NCBI RefSeq assembly: GCF_002571385.2
Contig: NW_019218106.1
Location: 10,972 to 74,971, forward strand
Length of the DNA: 64,000 bases
Direction of reading: 5' to 3'
DNA from: Stylophora pistillata
Lineage: Eukaryota
A program made the translations under genes and the position numbers. This document shows positions 1 through 10,776 of the stretch, piece after piece (within the stretch, counting starts at the first letter, position 1; every line of letters starts with the position of its first letter). The notes under the pieces were generated by a model. The model worked only from the letters and a program-made list of their open reading frames with translations, had not been told where the DNA came from and did no database searches.

Positions 1-451
1 AATAACTAAAATCAACCAATCAAATTGCTCTATTGCCGGTCCAATATTCTCTAAGTATTGGACCGGGCACTGTCCCGAATGGTCCCGAATGATACCGTAC
101 TTGTGTCCCTTTGAACTTCAGTCGTATAATAAATCTCTTATTAACCAAGCTTGCTCGGGGCCGTACTGGGAGAATATCGGCCCGAGGTCTTGACAGTACG
201 GACCGAGCGTAGCGAGGTCCGTACAAAAAAGACCGAGGGCCGATATTCTCCCAGTACGGCCCCGAGCAAGCTTGGTTAATAAGAGATTTATTATACGACT
301 GAAGTTCAAAGGGACACAAGTACGGTATCATTCGGGACCATTCGGGACAGTGCCCGGTCCAATACTTAGAGAATATTGGACCGGCAATAGAGCAATTTGA
401 TTGGTTGATTTTAGTTATTAGCCCTCTGACTGCCCGAGTCGTGTAATAATA
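1..451. mobile_element. Long palindromic (fold-back) non-autonomous element, left end outside window
   Basis: Bases 1-182 are the reverse complement of about 238-419, with an apex loop at 205-215. The right end reads ...cccgagtcgtgtaataat. A second, one-armed copy lies at 34535-34850. Confidence 0.85.
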
Positions 452-964
452 GTGAAAATTGATTTATAGTTAGCTATACATTTTTCAGCAACTACTTAAA
501 TTTCCCTTTATCCCTTTTTGCTTTTTCTTTATTGGAAGTAATGAACACAAATCTTTTTCAACGCTTTCATTTCTTAGCGGAAACGCTCGAATAAGCCTCT
601 CAGGGATTTTATTAGGTCTAAACGAACGAGAAGGGAGCTCATCAAAAGCATTTGAATGCGCACCAAAATGCGAGTGAATGTTTTGCTTTTGAACTTTCGT
701 TTATTATCAATGATTATTACATCGCTCGCAGCGCCCGTGGGCGAGACGAAACGAATCTTGTGTTCTGATTGGCTACCCGAGCGAGCAAGATGGGCCCATC
801 TTGCCCGCTCGGGATTACCCGCATTGATCCCGCGCATGAAAAAAATAGAATTACAACTACGTTCGTAATTCTTAAATAAATAAATAAATAAATAAATAAG
901 TACGTAAATTGAAGCTCCCCCATACGGGCTTTTCAGCCACAATGTAAACTAATTAAGTGCTTAA

Positions 965-1872
965 AGTGCCACTATGATCAAAATTTCGCATTGCTTTTTC
1001 TTTCCACTTCTGGAAACTAGAAGTAAGAAACACTTACCATGCCAAGTTTAATCGCAAAATTCGCACGGGAAGTATGATTATTTCAACTTTGTTTTTCGGT
1101 TTTGGTCGCCCGCCATTACTCATTTCAAAAATGGCCGAGTGTGGCGAAAAGAGTTCGCACTAGGAGGAGCCTTTCGGAAGTGACGTCATATGCGCACCTC
1201 GACAAACCAACTTGGCTAATCTTTGTATGCCATTTCTGAGAAGTGAGAGGTATTTGCAAAGCATAATTTGCGAGCAGAATGCCTCCAAGGTGTTGTGTCG
1301 TGCAAGATTGCGACAGGGTGGCCGACAAACAGTTAGGAATATCTGTTCATACCTCTCCTGGTACAGGAACCGAGCGTGCCATGTGGAAAAGATTCGTCAG
1401 CCAGCATAGAAAGTATTTTAAGCCCAATGGGACATTTGGTATTTGCTCACTTCACTTTACCGACGACTGCTTCACTCGTTCGGTACATATAAAAAGGACA
1501 GAGAGACGACTAAAGCCGTTACTTCGTTAAAATATTCTTCGCCTTCACTTTCAGATGAACTGGAAGAAGAATTCGAGGAAGAATACATCTTATGAAACGC
1601 CTAGAATTTCCACTGTGGAATCTCTCACAACACACGAAGCACGATGCGAAAGTGCGCATATGACGTCACAGGCCAACTCATGCGTAAAACCGCTCGGTTG
1701 CGAGCTGAGTAATGGCGGACGGGTTTTTCGTGAATTTCGGCCAGCTATATCAAGGCGTATTTCGCTTCCATCGACCTAAAAACTATCGCATAGTACAATT
1801 CTAGCCATAGTAACTTGATTGGCGCTAAAAAATGTCAAAAGCAGAGACAAAAAGTTTCGTCGTAGTGGCACT
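965..1872 (+). mobile_element. Kolobok-like DNA transposon, internally deleted, retaining a THAP domain
   Basis: TTAA target duplication at 961-964 and 1873-1876. TIR AGTGCCACTA(T/C)GA with RR...YY termini. Subterminal inverted motifs include GTGACGTCATATGCGCAC at about 1180-1197 and 1652-1669. TTAA TSD, RR termini and THAP together fit Kolobok better than piggyBac. Confidence 0.75.
1279..1530 (+). pseudogene. THAP (C2CH) zinc-finger ORF, truncated N-terminus of a transposon protein
   Basis: MPPRCCVVQDC...W..F...ICSLHFTDDCF...RLKP matches the THAP signature. The ORF stops just after the domain. Confidence 0.8.
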
Positions 1873-2307
1873 TTAAAAATCCCCACTGGCAGCAGGCGGC
1901 AGACCAGTGGGCTATTTACAGAGCGCAGCTGAAGACTTGAACCAGGGGCAACCGAGAACAAATCCAGTGAGTGGCAGGATGGAGGACTTGACCCCGTGAC
2001 ACCGGATTACAAGTCCAGCACCCTAACCACTCGGCGATGGAAACGCAAAAGGCGGCATAAGATAATCAAAACAAAGAAAACATAAACGACTCTCGTGAGT
2101 TTGATGTGCTACATGCACAGTTGGCGTTCTTTCCCGACTCTCGAAGTAAACAAGTCATTCTTAATTCTTAATAAAAAAAAAATTTTTTTCAATATAATAA
2201 ATCTTTTATTAACCAAGCGTGAGGTCGACGGCTGATTATTAGCCTCGTTATTTTTTTCGCATTTTTATGGACCATGACTTCGTCTCGGTTCATAAAAATG
2301 CAAACAA

Positions 2308-2340
<33 letters not shown>

Positions 2341-2899
2341 ACACTTGGTTAATAACGCATATTTTAATAGAAATTACACTTAATATAGCATGCATTTGTC
2401 TGATTGAAAACCTACAATATCTAAAACGGAAACTCACACAGGCTTTCAATTACGGATCCAAACGAAAAACATTCTAGCTATTTCTGGGAAGGGAAGGGTT
2501 TGTTAAGAACAGGGGGAGGGGGAGGGGGAGCTTACTTGAGATTGGAGCTTAGTAAAAGAAAGTAGAGGCCTGTTTGAGCGCTTACATCATATAATACTGA
2601 CAAACTAATCCAAAATTTATTTCACAACGCTTCGATATTTCTCGTTGAGAATTAATTATACTTTACAAAGCTTCCAACACACATTCTGCGTCTCCCTCGC
2701 ATATTTGCATGTTCACGTGTTCACTAAAATACTGGGAAGTTCGACCATATCTCACCAGTTCTGCGGGAACTGGGTTGGTCCTCTGTTAAACATCAGCTGT
2801 TACTACGCGACGTCACACAGCTGCACAAACTAGTGAGTGGACTTGCGCCCTCCTACCCAAATAGCTACATAAGCCAAAGGACAGGAATCCACCGTTGTA

Positions 2900-3147
2900 A
2901 TACCAGATTCAGGGAAAACTTAGACGTTCCTTGAGTTTCTGATATCGTTACTGGAAATTTTACGTTTTCATTTTTAAGATCACATAAAGCTTCTGCCACG
3001 TCTTGCGCACTCTCAAGAAATGTCGACCTTCCAATGTTCATTACGAGTCCAAGTACTACCATGTGCAAGATGGTAGTAGAGTCCACTCGCCAGAACCTTG
3101 TCCGCTGGAATAGGATTGCGGAAATTTGTAGGTTGTCTCCATAGTCG
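2900..3147 (-). pseudogene. PIF/Harbinger (HARBI1-like) transposase fragment, frameshifted
   Basis: Minus-strand translation RQPTNFRNPIPADKVLASGLY... followed by IGRSTFLESAQDVAEAL...VKFP, typical of the Harbinger transposase HTH region. Confidence 0.6.
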
Positions 3148-3395
3148 ATGCTGCAAGAGTTAACTAGTCACCAAACCAAACCAAACCTTGGCTCTTATTG
3201 GAGTACAGATCCTGCTCTTAGCTCTCCATTTTTCTCTAGCGTAATGCCCAGGGATCGATTCCTCCAGATTCTACGATACTTACATTTTGCAGACAACACC
3301 CAGGCACCCATCGCTGACTCAGCTGATTACAATAATATGTACAAAATTCAGCCCTTCTTGAACTTGGTAATACCTAAGTTTCAGGAAGTGTATAA
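3148..3395 (+). pseudogene. piggyBac (PGBD4-like) transposase fragment
   Basis: YWSTDP..SPFFSSVMPRDRFLQILRYLHFADN...YKIQPFL is the conserved piggyBac block. It is cut at TAA (3393-3395) by a Harbinger end. Confidence 0.8.
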
Positions 3396-3593
3396 GGCCC
3401 CGTCCACACTAATCCGTTTTCAAACGAAAAAGATTTGCGTCCACACTTATCGTTTTCGTATCATTTTCGCCCGTCCACACTACAACGCCGTATCCGTTTT
3501 GAAAACGCTTTTATACCCTCAGTGCGCATGCTCAAATGAACTCGACGCATGCGCATTTCAATATATCGGTCCGCGAAATTGGCGCCATTCTTG

Positions 3594-3659
3594 ATTCTTT
3601 GTTGTTGAGTGTTGTTGTGGTTTAGAATTCTTTGTTGTTGAGTGTTGTTGTGGTTTAGA
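3594..3659. repeat. Perfect 33-bp tandem duplication
   Basis: attctttgttgttgagtgttgttgtggtttaga occurs twice in tandem. Confidence 0.95.
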
Positions 3660-3685
3660 ATTCTTTGATATTTTCCTTCTAAACG

Positions 3686-4384
3686 ATGCCAAGAACAGCT
3701 GGAAAGCAACCAACACCTAAAACAGACTGTTTCACATGGACTGCTGATGAAGTACAGCTACTTCTGAAAGGCACAAACAAATACACAGTGCAGAAAAGCA
3801 CCCAGAGTGTAGACTGGGAGTCAGTCCAGTCGAAGTATGGCGACATCTTGGATATGTTTCAAGCAGAGTATCCTAACAGCGAAAATGCGGCTGCTTTAGG
3901 CAAGGAATACCCTCATAAACCGGAGGATATAACTAAGGCTACACTATCCACGAAGTTAAAGGCAGTTCGCAAGAAGTTTAGACAAAAAGTCGACTCGGGA
4001 AGGAAGAGTGGACATGGCCACGTGGTCTTGCTGTATTACGAGCTCTGTCAAGAAATATGGGGTGGCTCGCCAGCGACAAATAGGATAAGTTCCGGCTTAG
4101 AACCAAGTACATTAATTGAGGATATTGATGTAGATGGTGCTACTGATACCCCTGCAACGGTAGACGTAAATGATGATGAAAGCGAAAGCCTAGAAGATGA
4201 AGAGGGACCACAAAATGATGCAACTCCGACCAGTAGTACCATCAAGCATTGGAGGGAGCTACTTCATTCGAAGCTGAAGTGCTACAAACAAATGAGAAAA
4301 GTGGAGGACAAAACTCTTTGTAGATATCCAAATGCTGAGTATTGCCGAGGAAGAACTCGAAATAAAGAAGAAACTGATCACTAG
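3686..4384 (+). pseudogene. Harbinger-associated Myb/SANT-like (trihelix) DNA-binding protein, degenerate at the 3' end
   Basis: FTWTADEVQLLL...DWESVQSKY...KLKAVRKKFRQ..DSGRKSGHG...YELCQEIWGGSPAT followed by an acidic tail. A probable frameshift lies near the C-terminus. Confidence 0.75.
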
Positions 4385-4752
4385 AATGGAAGAAGTAGAT
4401 AAAGAAGTAGATAAACAACCAATGGGCAAGCACTTAGGGCTGCTACTCTTGTATGCCACCAATAAATATCACTGTTGCAGGTGTTGAAAAATTATTGAAC
4501 AAGTTAAATCCTTACTCCTCTCTGCCTTTATTACAGGCCGCTATTAAATGATCCGAGAAAGCTCCTGTTACAAAATGGTTACCCTCAAGGTGTTATCGCG
4601 TTCAACACTAATGATGTGTTGAGAGCTTTTACCACTCGCTTAGACGCCTTAACGAAAGGTAGCAAGACTCTGTAATTTTCTTCTTTATTCTCTTCTGAAG
4701 AGCAACTACAGCAACGCTCTATGCATCTAATAATAATAATCACCATCATGCT

Positions 4753-5136
4753 TTATAACATAACCAAAGTAAAGCGCGCGCTCTGATTGGTCAATTTAGC
4801 GTTCCCCATTTGCCCATGGGTGTACGCTGCTGACGTGAGCAAATGCAAAGACTATTTTTCCGCGCGCGCTTGTTTTTTCTGGTCGCGTAAGATTTGTTAA
4901 ATAAACGGGAACTCTTTAGCTACAATGTATCAATGTTATGTTATAAAACAAATGGTAAACACCACAGCGTACACTATTGAGTTATGGATGCACTTGGGAG
5001 GTTTGCTAAGCACTCAAGAAGCTAGAGTCGCTCTCGGCTACCGCCTCGAGCGACTCTTACGCTTCCTTCGCGCTTAGCAACCTCCCGCGTGCATCCATAA
5101 CTCAATAGTGTACGCTGTGGTCTTTACCATTTGTTA
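4753..5136 (+). mobile_element. Non-autonomous element with a terminal hairpin of about 190 bp (4947-5136)
   Basis: Left end ttataacataacc...ctctgattggtc. The arm aacaaatggtaaa...ttatggatgcac pairs with gtgcatccataa...tttaccatttgtt. Apex at 5034-5047. Confidence 0.75.
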
Positions 5137-5569
5137 ACTAGCGTGGGGAACCGACACTTTAAGTTGGAAAATCGTAGACTTGTTTTGGTTAGCTGACCGT
5201 GAGATTTTCCGCAGTATATTCGCTGTTTTGCAAAGGGGGAAATTGGGTGGCTCGCTCCGAAGTACTTGGCGAGCACCAAAGAACCAATTAAACGCCAATG
5301 ATCGAGCTGCATACGAAAATCACGCGTTCAAAACAGGATCTCAGTGTGGGTAAAACTCAAGGTCAGTTTTACCAACCCAAACATGACCAGCTAGCAAACT
5401 AATTATTCTCAACCATAACAAGCGATTAAAATGTCTAGCATGGTAAGAACTTAGCCAAGTTCACGCACACACTAAAAATAAAAGATCAAAACTACAAATT
5501 TATCAAAATAACACGAAGGCGTAAAAAGGCGAGACTCAATAAAACAAAAGGTAAACCTAAAAATACTCG

Positions 5570-6330
5570 AAATAGCAACCCTTTAAAATACTCTACAACA
5601 GATGTATCGAACAAAAATAAGAACAAACCAAATAACCCTGTTCAAGCTACAGTCCCCGAAAAAGATACCTTAGTTGTGTTACCCTACTGAGGTCTTCACA
5701 GTAACCAAGTCACGAAACGTCTGAAATCCTGCGTTTACATTGAATTTCCACTCTTTCGTCAATCTCAAGATCATATTCCAAAACACACGCCGCATCAAAT
5801 TCTTTTTTCCTTACAAATATAGCTTGAACCGGATCTCAAAGGTCCAAGGTTACCTATAAAGCTGGTTGCTGGAATTGTGATGAGTTCACATTTGCGAAAC
5901 AAAACGAAGACTCCATGACCGGAAAACAGAACATTTTAAGGCCCTAGCTAAAAGTGACCATTCATCAGCCATTGCTGGTCATGTGAAGACCACTGGTCAC
6001 AACATTAAATGCATTTAATTTGACATTTTAGCGTCGGGAAAAACTGACTTTCCCTGTAAAATTAAAGGGACTTTGTTCATTCAAGAGCTAAAGCCTTCCC
6101 TTAATGTCAATGTTAGTAGTGAGAAGTTTTTGTTATTTTAGCCAGTACTTCTCATTAGTCTAGACATGTACTGTTGTAGATTCTTTTTGTCTCAGTCTAG
6201 GTTCCAGACCTCTTACATTCACTATATAGAGTTTTCAACATTTCTAACGGTTCACTTTTGAAAATGTACGTTGACTAGCATACGAAACGTCAAGTTCTAT
6301 ATAAAATACATTGGAATACAATGTTTATCA
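5570..6330 (+). mobile_element. Degenerate Penelope-like retroelement 3' part (GIY-YIG endonuclease)
   Basis: Piecewise translation with stops and frameshifts: LVVLPY..., KIIFQNTRRIK.FFPYK, YKAGCWNC, KTKRRLHDRKTEHFKAL...SAIAGHVKTTGHNI, KIK.TLFIQELKPSLN. It ends with a hammerhead-like remnant (...GAAACGTC at about 6284-6291). Confidence 0.8.
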
Positions 6331-7208
6331 CCGCTGTTTGTCTTATTTTCTTAATCAAGCTACGATGGCCTAAGAACGAGAGTTTATATGGTCCAGAAAA
6401 TCTACAGCCCCGAATCCTATGGTAATTAAGTTCCCAGATTGCTCCAGTCCTTTGCAATACATTCAAGGTTTCCCTTAGAACAGCTACCACGGTGGGCACA
6501 CGGGCGCTGAAAAGATGCAGCGGTCTGCGTCGCAAAAAAATGGTGTCGATTTTCTTTTCCCGAGGGGGTCCCCGTGACGGCCAGTTTTGGTTTTGAAATT
6601 CATGCTAATTTATGTAAATTACCACAGTTCCTAACGCCCGAAGAGCAAAGATTTTTCCACATGAAAGCAGCCAAGATGCTAACCTATCATATGATACCAA
6701 ACTTCCCGTGGTTCATTCCCAAGTTCGTTAGAAATAGATGTTATCGTGAATGAGTCCATCTTTGTCGTGAGGAAAATGAGTGTTTAAAGTTGTCTTTTGC
6801 TTCAAAAGGCTGTCTGCCAAAGCGCTTTGAGATTTCTTCCTCTTGCACATACAGTGTGTTGTCCAGTTTCCGGCCGGTATCAGTTTCCGGCCAAAAAAAG
6901 TTAACTCGGTCATTTTCGATGGTATTTTAACTCTTCTTCCACCGAAGCGATCCGTCAGAAAAACGAACATCTCCGCTATCAACTGATGGTTTTGGCGGGC
7001 TTTTTGGTCTGGAAACGAGCGAACAAGAAGAATTTTTGTTCAGGTGAGTAAAATCTTACCGGCTAATTTTTGGTCTTATCACTGCACAGCGAAGCTACCG
7101 TACGTAAATAAATAACTTGCTTAATAGGAAATAGTTCACGGAGCTTGATAATTTTTTGAAAGAATTTACATTGAAGGTGGAAGTAATTTAGGGACCTGTC
7201 ATCATAAA

Positions 7209-7360
7209 CAGGGGGTGACGACTCAACAAAAGCTGTTTCGGGACAAAGCCAAAATTGTTCCGGGAATCTGGAGATTTCTCCGGAAATCGGGGCACTTGGT
7301 AAATTTTACCGGGAAACACGCGATAATTCCGGGACATTGAGAAAAATATCGGGACATCGA
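7209..7360 (+). mobile_element. Possible hAT-like transposon end with subterminal CGGGACA/CGGGAA repeats
   Basis: Starts CAGGGGG and has about 7 CGGGACA-like motifs in 130 bp. The partner end was not found. Confidence 0.35.
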
Positions 7361-7900
7361 AGGAAGTTTTATTTCACGTTTTCATTTACGTTAAACTCGT
7401 TAAGTTAGGCATGAAATCTTCTGTAAGTGAAAACATTCAAACAGCGAGTGTAGCGTTGCGGCTTGTGGTTTACACAAGGGACTTTACGAATCAGAATGCG
7501 ACTCAGTTTGAAAACACTGAAACCGAGAAGGGCCCGGGGCGAGAACGCCGTCACGAGCGCGGGAAAAACAAAGTAGGGAGCTTAAGCACCAGGCATTCAT
7601 GATTCACGGAGGCGAAACGGATGTGAGATTTCGAATATTTTCCTACTGCGCATGTCAAAAGGTCGTCGTGATTTGTCACGGCGGCCGCCAAGGCGCTTGT
7701 GGCCTCCGTGCTGATTTTCCACGACCGCGAATGGTAGATTGTACGTAGCAAAAAAGCACAACGTTGTCAACACCAAAAAGAGCTTCTGAAATTGGATTCG
7801 CACGATAAGATATATTTATTATCCTTAGAAGAAAATAAATATCTTTGATCGTGCAACACAAATATGAACAAGATCAAGTGTGGATGACTTGAAATGTACT

Positions 7901-7945
7901 ATTTAACAATTATGCCACGAGCGCGCGTTGGATATAAGATGATAG

Positions 7946-7977
<32 letters not shown>
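7901..7977. mobile_element. Hairpin element truncated by an assembly gap
   Basis: atttaacaattat...gccaac[tcggcgctacgcgcctc]gttggc followed by Ns. Confidence 0.6.
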
Positions 7978-9189
7978 NNNNNNNNNNNTTTTTCAGATTG
8001 TCAACGAACCGCGCAAAATTTGACCTAATCGCAAAGTCCTTTGTCTACATTATCATTTCAATCAAGCCAAGTAAATACGAGAAATTAACAAATACCAAGG
8101 TAGCGCAATGACGATACATGTCTAAGGAAACTGTCAAAGTAACCAGCGCTTAAAACAGCTAGGTAGAAATCCCAGCACGAGCACGTCACCTCCTTTAGCC
8201 GTTGCATGGGAATGGAAATAAGGTAGAAATTTTATCAGCACGTGCGGCAGTTTTCGTTTTCTTCTATATTCAGCTTTCTATTTTTCACTCTCCAATGGAA
8301 GAAAGAAGAACTTCATTTTTACAACTAAACTACTTGAATGATTGGTCCGCTTGAAAAGAAGCCTTGATCAATTGTTCCACCGCCGCGCAATTAGATGCAT
8401 TCTGGTAAGATTCAATATTTGAAAAAGTCACATCTTTTACGGCAAACTAGCCAATCACGGACACTTTCAGGGAATCCCCCCCTTGCAATTGTACAAAAGA
8501 CAGATACAACAGAAGATAAACATTCAAATGGCGCAGTGATTTAGGACACAGACGCCTTACGGTTGTAAATTTGCATACGAACCATGATAGAATATTTAAT
8601 CACCCTAGTCTAAGCTAAACAAAACCTGTTAAGACAAGTGGCGTACATCTTCCCTACCAACGTAATATTGAATTATGAAACAAGAGAGATCTTGATATGT
8701 TCTTCTAACCGATGTTCACCCAGAAAAGGAATAATTTTACTTACGGCGTAAAAATTAAGTTCTTAGTGGTTAATTTGTGTGTTTTAGTATTGAAAATCTA
8801 TTTTATAGGCGCCGCGCGATTGGTATTTAATTCCGGCCACGCAAGATTTATGCTGTTTCCTTGACTTTTTAGTCTTTGCTCCCGACGGTCTGCCCGCTGA
8901 ACAAGGAAAATTAACAAAAATTTAAACGTTGCGTTTGATATCACCTGTTTGCAAATGAAATGTAGGACGTGCCCTAAATTAGATTGACAAACAGAAGGAT
9001 TCAGTTGCATTTTTTCCTCTTTTCGCGATATAAAACGTTCAGCAATATTATTCAAATGTCCACTGTGGAAGGACCCCATTATTGAGTGTCGGTCGGTTGT
9101 GCCTTCGGTAATATATAATATCGACCTGATTGCGATGTGATGTGCTCAGTAAAGTGGAACATTTCCTCAGCAACTAAATAAGGGGGTAA

Positions 9190-9389
9190 TTTTCAAAAGA
9201 AATTGTGGTGCCGCGTTGGTGGGGTGTATTACAAGATCAAATGATTTTATCAACTTACTTGATACTATCAACTGGGAAATTGGCCGCCGTATAGAGTTCT
9301 TAAAGCTCTGACGAAGGGCTAACGCTCAAAACTTCAGCTTTAAGGTGGCTAATTTACATTATCAACTCATTTGATAAAACCAAATTATT
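9190..9389. mobile_element. Short Penelope-type non-autonomous repeat (inverted plus forward pieces) with a degenerate minimal hammerhead
   Basis: CTGACGAAGGGCTAACGCTC-AAAACTTC at 9308-9335. Same family as 55073-55210; about 9190-9265 resembles the reverse complement of that copy's 3' half. Confidence 0.65.
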
Positions 9390-10143
9390 AAGATAGGTAA
9401 GATAGGTAGAGCAGTAAACCAGCTAGTCAAAAATGTCAAGTTGTAAGTTTGTGTAGAGGCGTGCAATAAAATTTGATTGGGTGAAAACAAAGATCATCAG
9501 CTGATGTTCTCTGGACGAAGCATCTTTATATTTACTTTTAGAGCTACGATAGATCGCCCATCAAGCTGTTTTTGAGCCGAGACATCTAAAACCGGCTACG
9601 CTTTTAAAACTGAAATTTAATTGTCTCTTGTGAATAAAACTCAATTTCACAAGAGAGGATTTGCACTTGGGCCTTCGTTTGAAAGCGAGGATTTCTAGAA
9701 TCGAAATGTGCCAACGTATTGTCTCTGAAAATGAGCTGGTAAGTATAGTGATCAATGTTCTTATGGCCCTGAGGGAGAAATCGCTAGAGAGATGGGAAAC
9801 AGTTATTAAATTCTCAATCAAAGAAATAGTTTTCTTTCGCCATCCGTGATATAATGATTTTTTAAAACTGCGAATCCGCTGAAGACCTTTTCCTGACTGG
9901 TTGTGCGGATTGAGACCAAAAAGAATTCAGACAAAGCGGGGTTTGAATAAAATGATCGAGTTATTTCCTTCTAGCTAAACACTGTGGTCAATGGTAATAT
10001 GGCGTCCAATATAGATATATCAACGGTACAATAACGGTAACGAAGCTAATATTATCCGGCTCAGCCTTCCATGTCACAAGTGATTTACGGTAGCTTTTAC
10101 TATTGGAAACGAATATATGTAGAATATCTGAAACAAAGCAATG

Positions 10144-10179
<36 letters not shown>

Positions 10180-10477
10180 GAATTAGCCCACAAGATTTTG
10201 CAACCCGAGGAGATACATTCGAAGGTTTGAAGGGGCGTCACATATACTCTGAAAATGGGGGCGCTTTTCTTGCTTGAGGGGAATTTTTACATTGTTTCAG
10301 CTTCAACTTGCCACTATCCAATCTGACAACATAGAGACCAAGGGAATCCCCTTTTAAGTACGTACAGGAAGGGGCGGGCAGATTCATTGACGCACGGTTT
10401 TGTCGCAATTAGAGCGGTCATGCGTGTCGTAAATATGACACTCACCAACTGTTGTGTAAACAGATTAAGGCAGATAA

Positions 10478-10776
10478 ACCCTTTTACGATTTACATTCTC
10501 CACACTTTTCTCTATATATTTCCTTCGGTACTGACATGGAGAATTTGTTCCGTTTGACAATCGCGAGCCTCTTAAATTAGTGATCATTTTTTTTATTGTT
10601 TATTGTCGTGATCTACACGGTCGATTCAAGGAAGATGCTGTAGCTGTAGGGCAACCTCGTTCCCAGGGCCTTGCCACACCCCTGCCCCACCCCCAACTAA
10701 GGGAAAAGGCCCTGGGAACGAGGTTAGCTATAGGGGGAAATTAGAAGCCAGTCACTCTCTGGGGTTCTAATGTTAA
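10478..10776 (+). mobile_element. TTAA-ended MITE family, multi-copy in the window
   Basis: Shared core ggagaatttg..acaatc..gagc..ctt....gatcattt...ggagaaattagatgc..gtcactct..ggggt...gttaa. Other copies: 32052-32191 (+), 49419-49600 (-), 53733-53794 (+) and 54490-54905 (-). More diverged relatives lie at about 21060-21270, 25670-25900 and 26380-26490. Confidence 0.75.
10652..10726. mobile_element. 75-bp MITE nested in the TTAA-MITE
   Basis: TIR pair AACCTCGTTCCCAGGGCC / GGCCCTGGGAACGAGGTT. Confidence 0.85.

Larger units (their letters stand above)
870..2035 (-). mobile_element. tRNA-derived SINE interrupted by the 965-1872 element
   Basis: Minus-strand head GCCGAGTGGTTAGGGTGCTGGACTTGTAATCCGG is tRNA/A-box-like. 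The core GTAAATAGCCCACTGGTCTGCC...CCAGTGGGGATTTTTAA continues across the TTAA insertion site into a tail ending in (TTTA)n at 874-899. Confidence 0.75.
713..2360 (+). mobile_element. Non-autonomous hairpin element split by nested insertions (left part about 713-833, terminal hairpin about 2194-2360)
   Basis: Left part reads ttattacat...ttctgattggctacccgagcgagcaagatgggcccatcttgcccgctcggg (internal palindrome). Right part reads ataataaatc..ttaaccaag...cttggttaataa, an imperfect hairpin with the same layout as the 34535-34850 element. Linking the two halves is an inference. Confidence 0.55.
3396..4450 (+). mobile_element. Harbinger DNA transposon, left end plus Myb/SANT-like gene; right end not found
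   Basis: TAA followed by the terminus GGCCCCGTCCACACTAATCCGTTTTC, repeated CGTCCACAC motifs, and a downstream Myb-like ORF. Confidence 0.7.

Noticed and set aside
20-331. ORFs in the palindromic element (also 34652-34924)
   Set aside because: They are incidental translations of a non-coding hairpin repeat with no domain signature.
965-1872. piggyBac assignment from the TTAA TSD
   Set aside because: The termini are AG...CT rather than CC...GG, and a THAP domain is present, which favours Kolobok.
3594-3668. CRISPR-like repeat
   Set aside because: It is only a direct tandem duplication without spacers, in a eukaryotic context.
6400-10000. Short ORFs and an isolated splice donor at about 7044 as a hidden gene
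   Set aside because: I found no recognisable domains or consistent exon chain; this is probably transposon-internal sequence.
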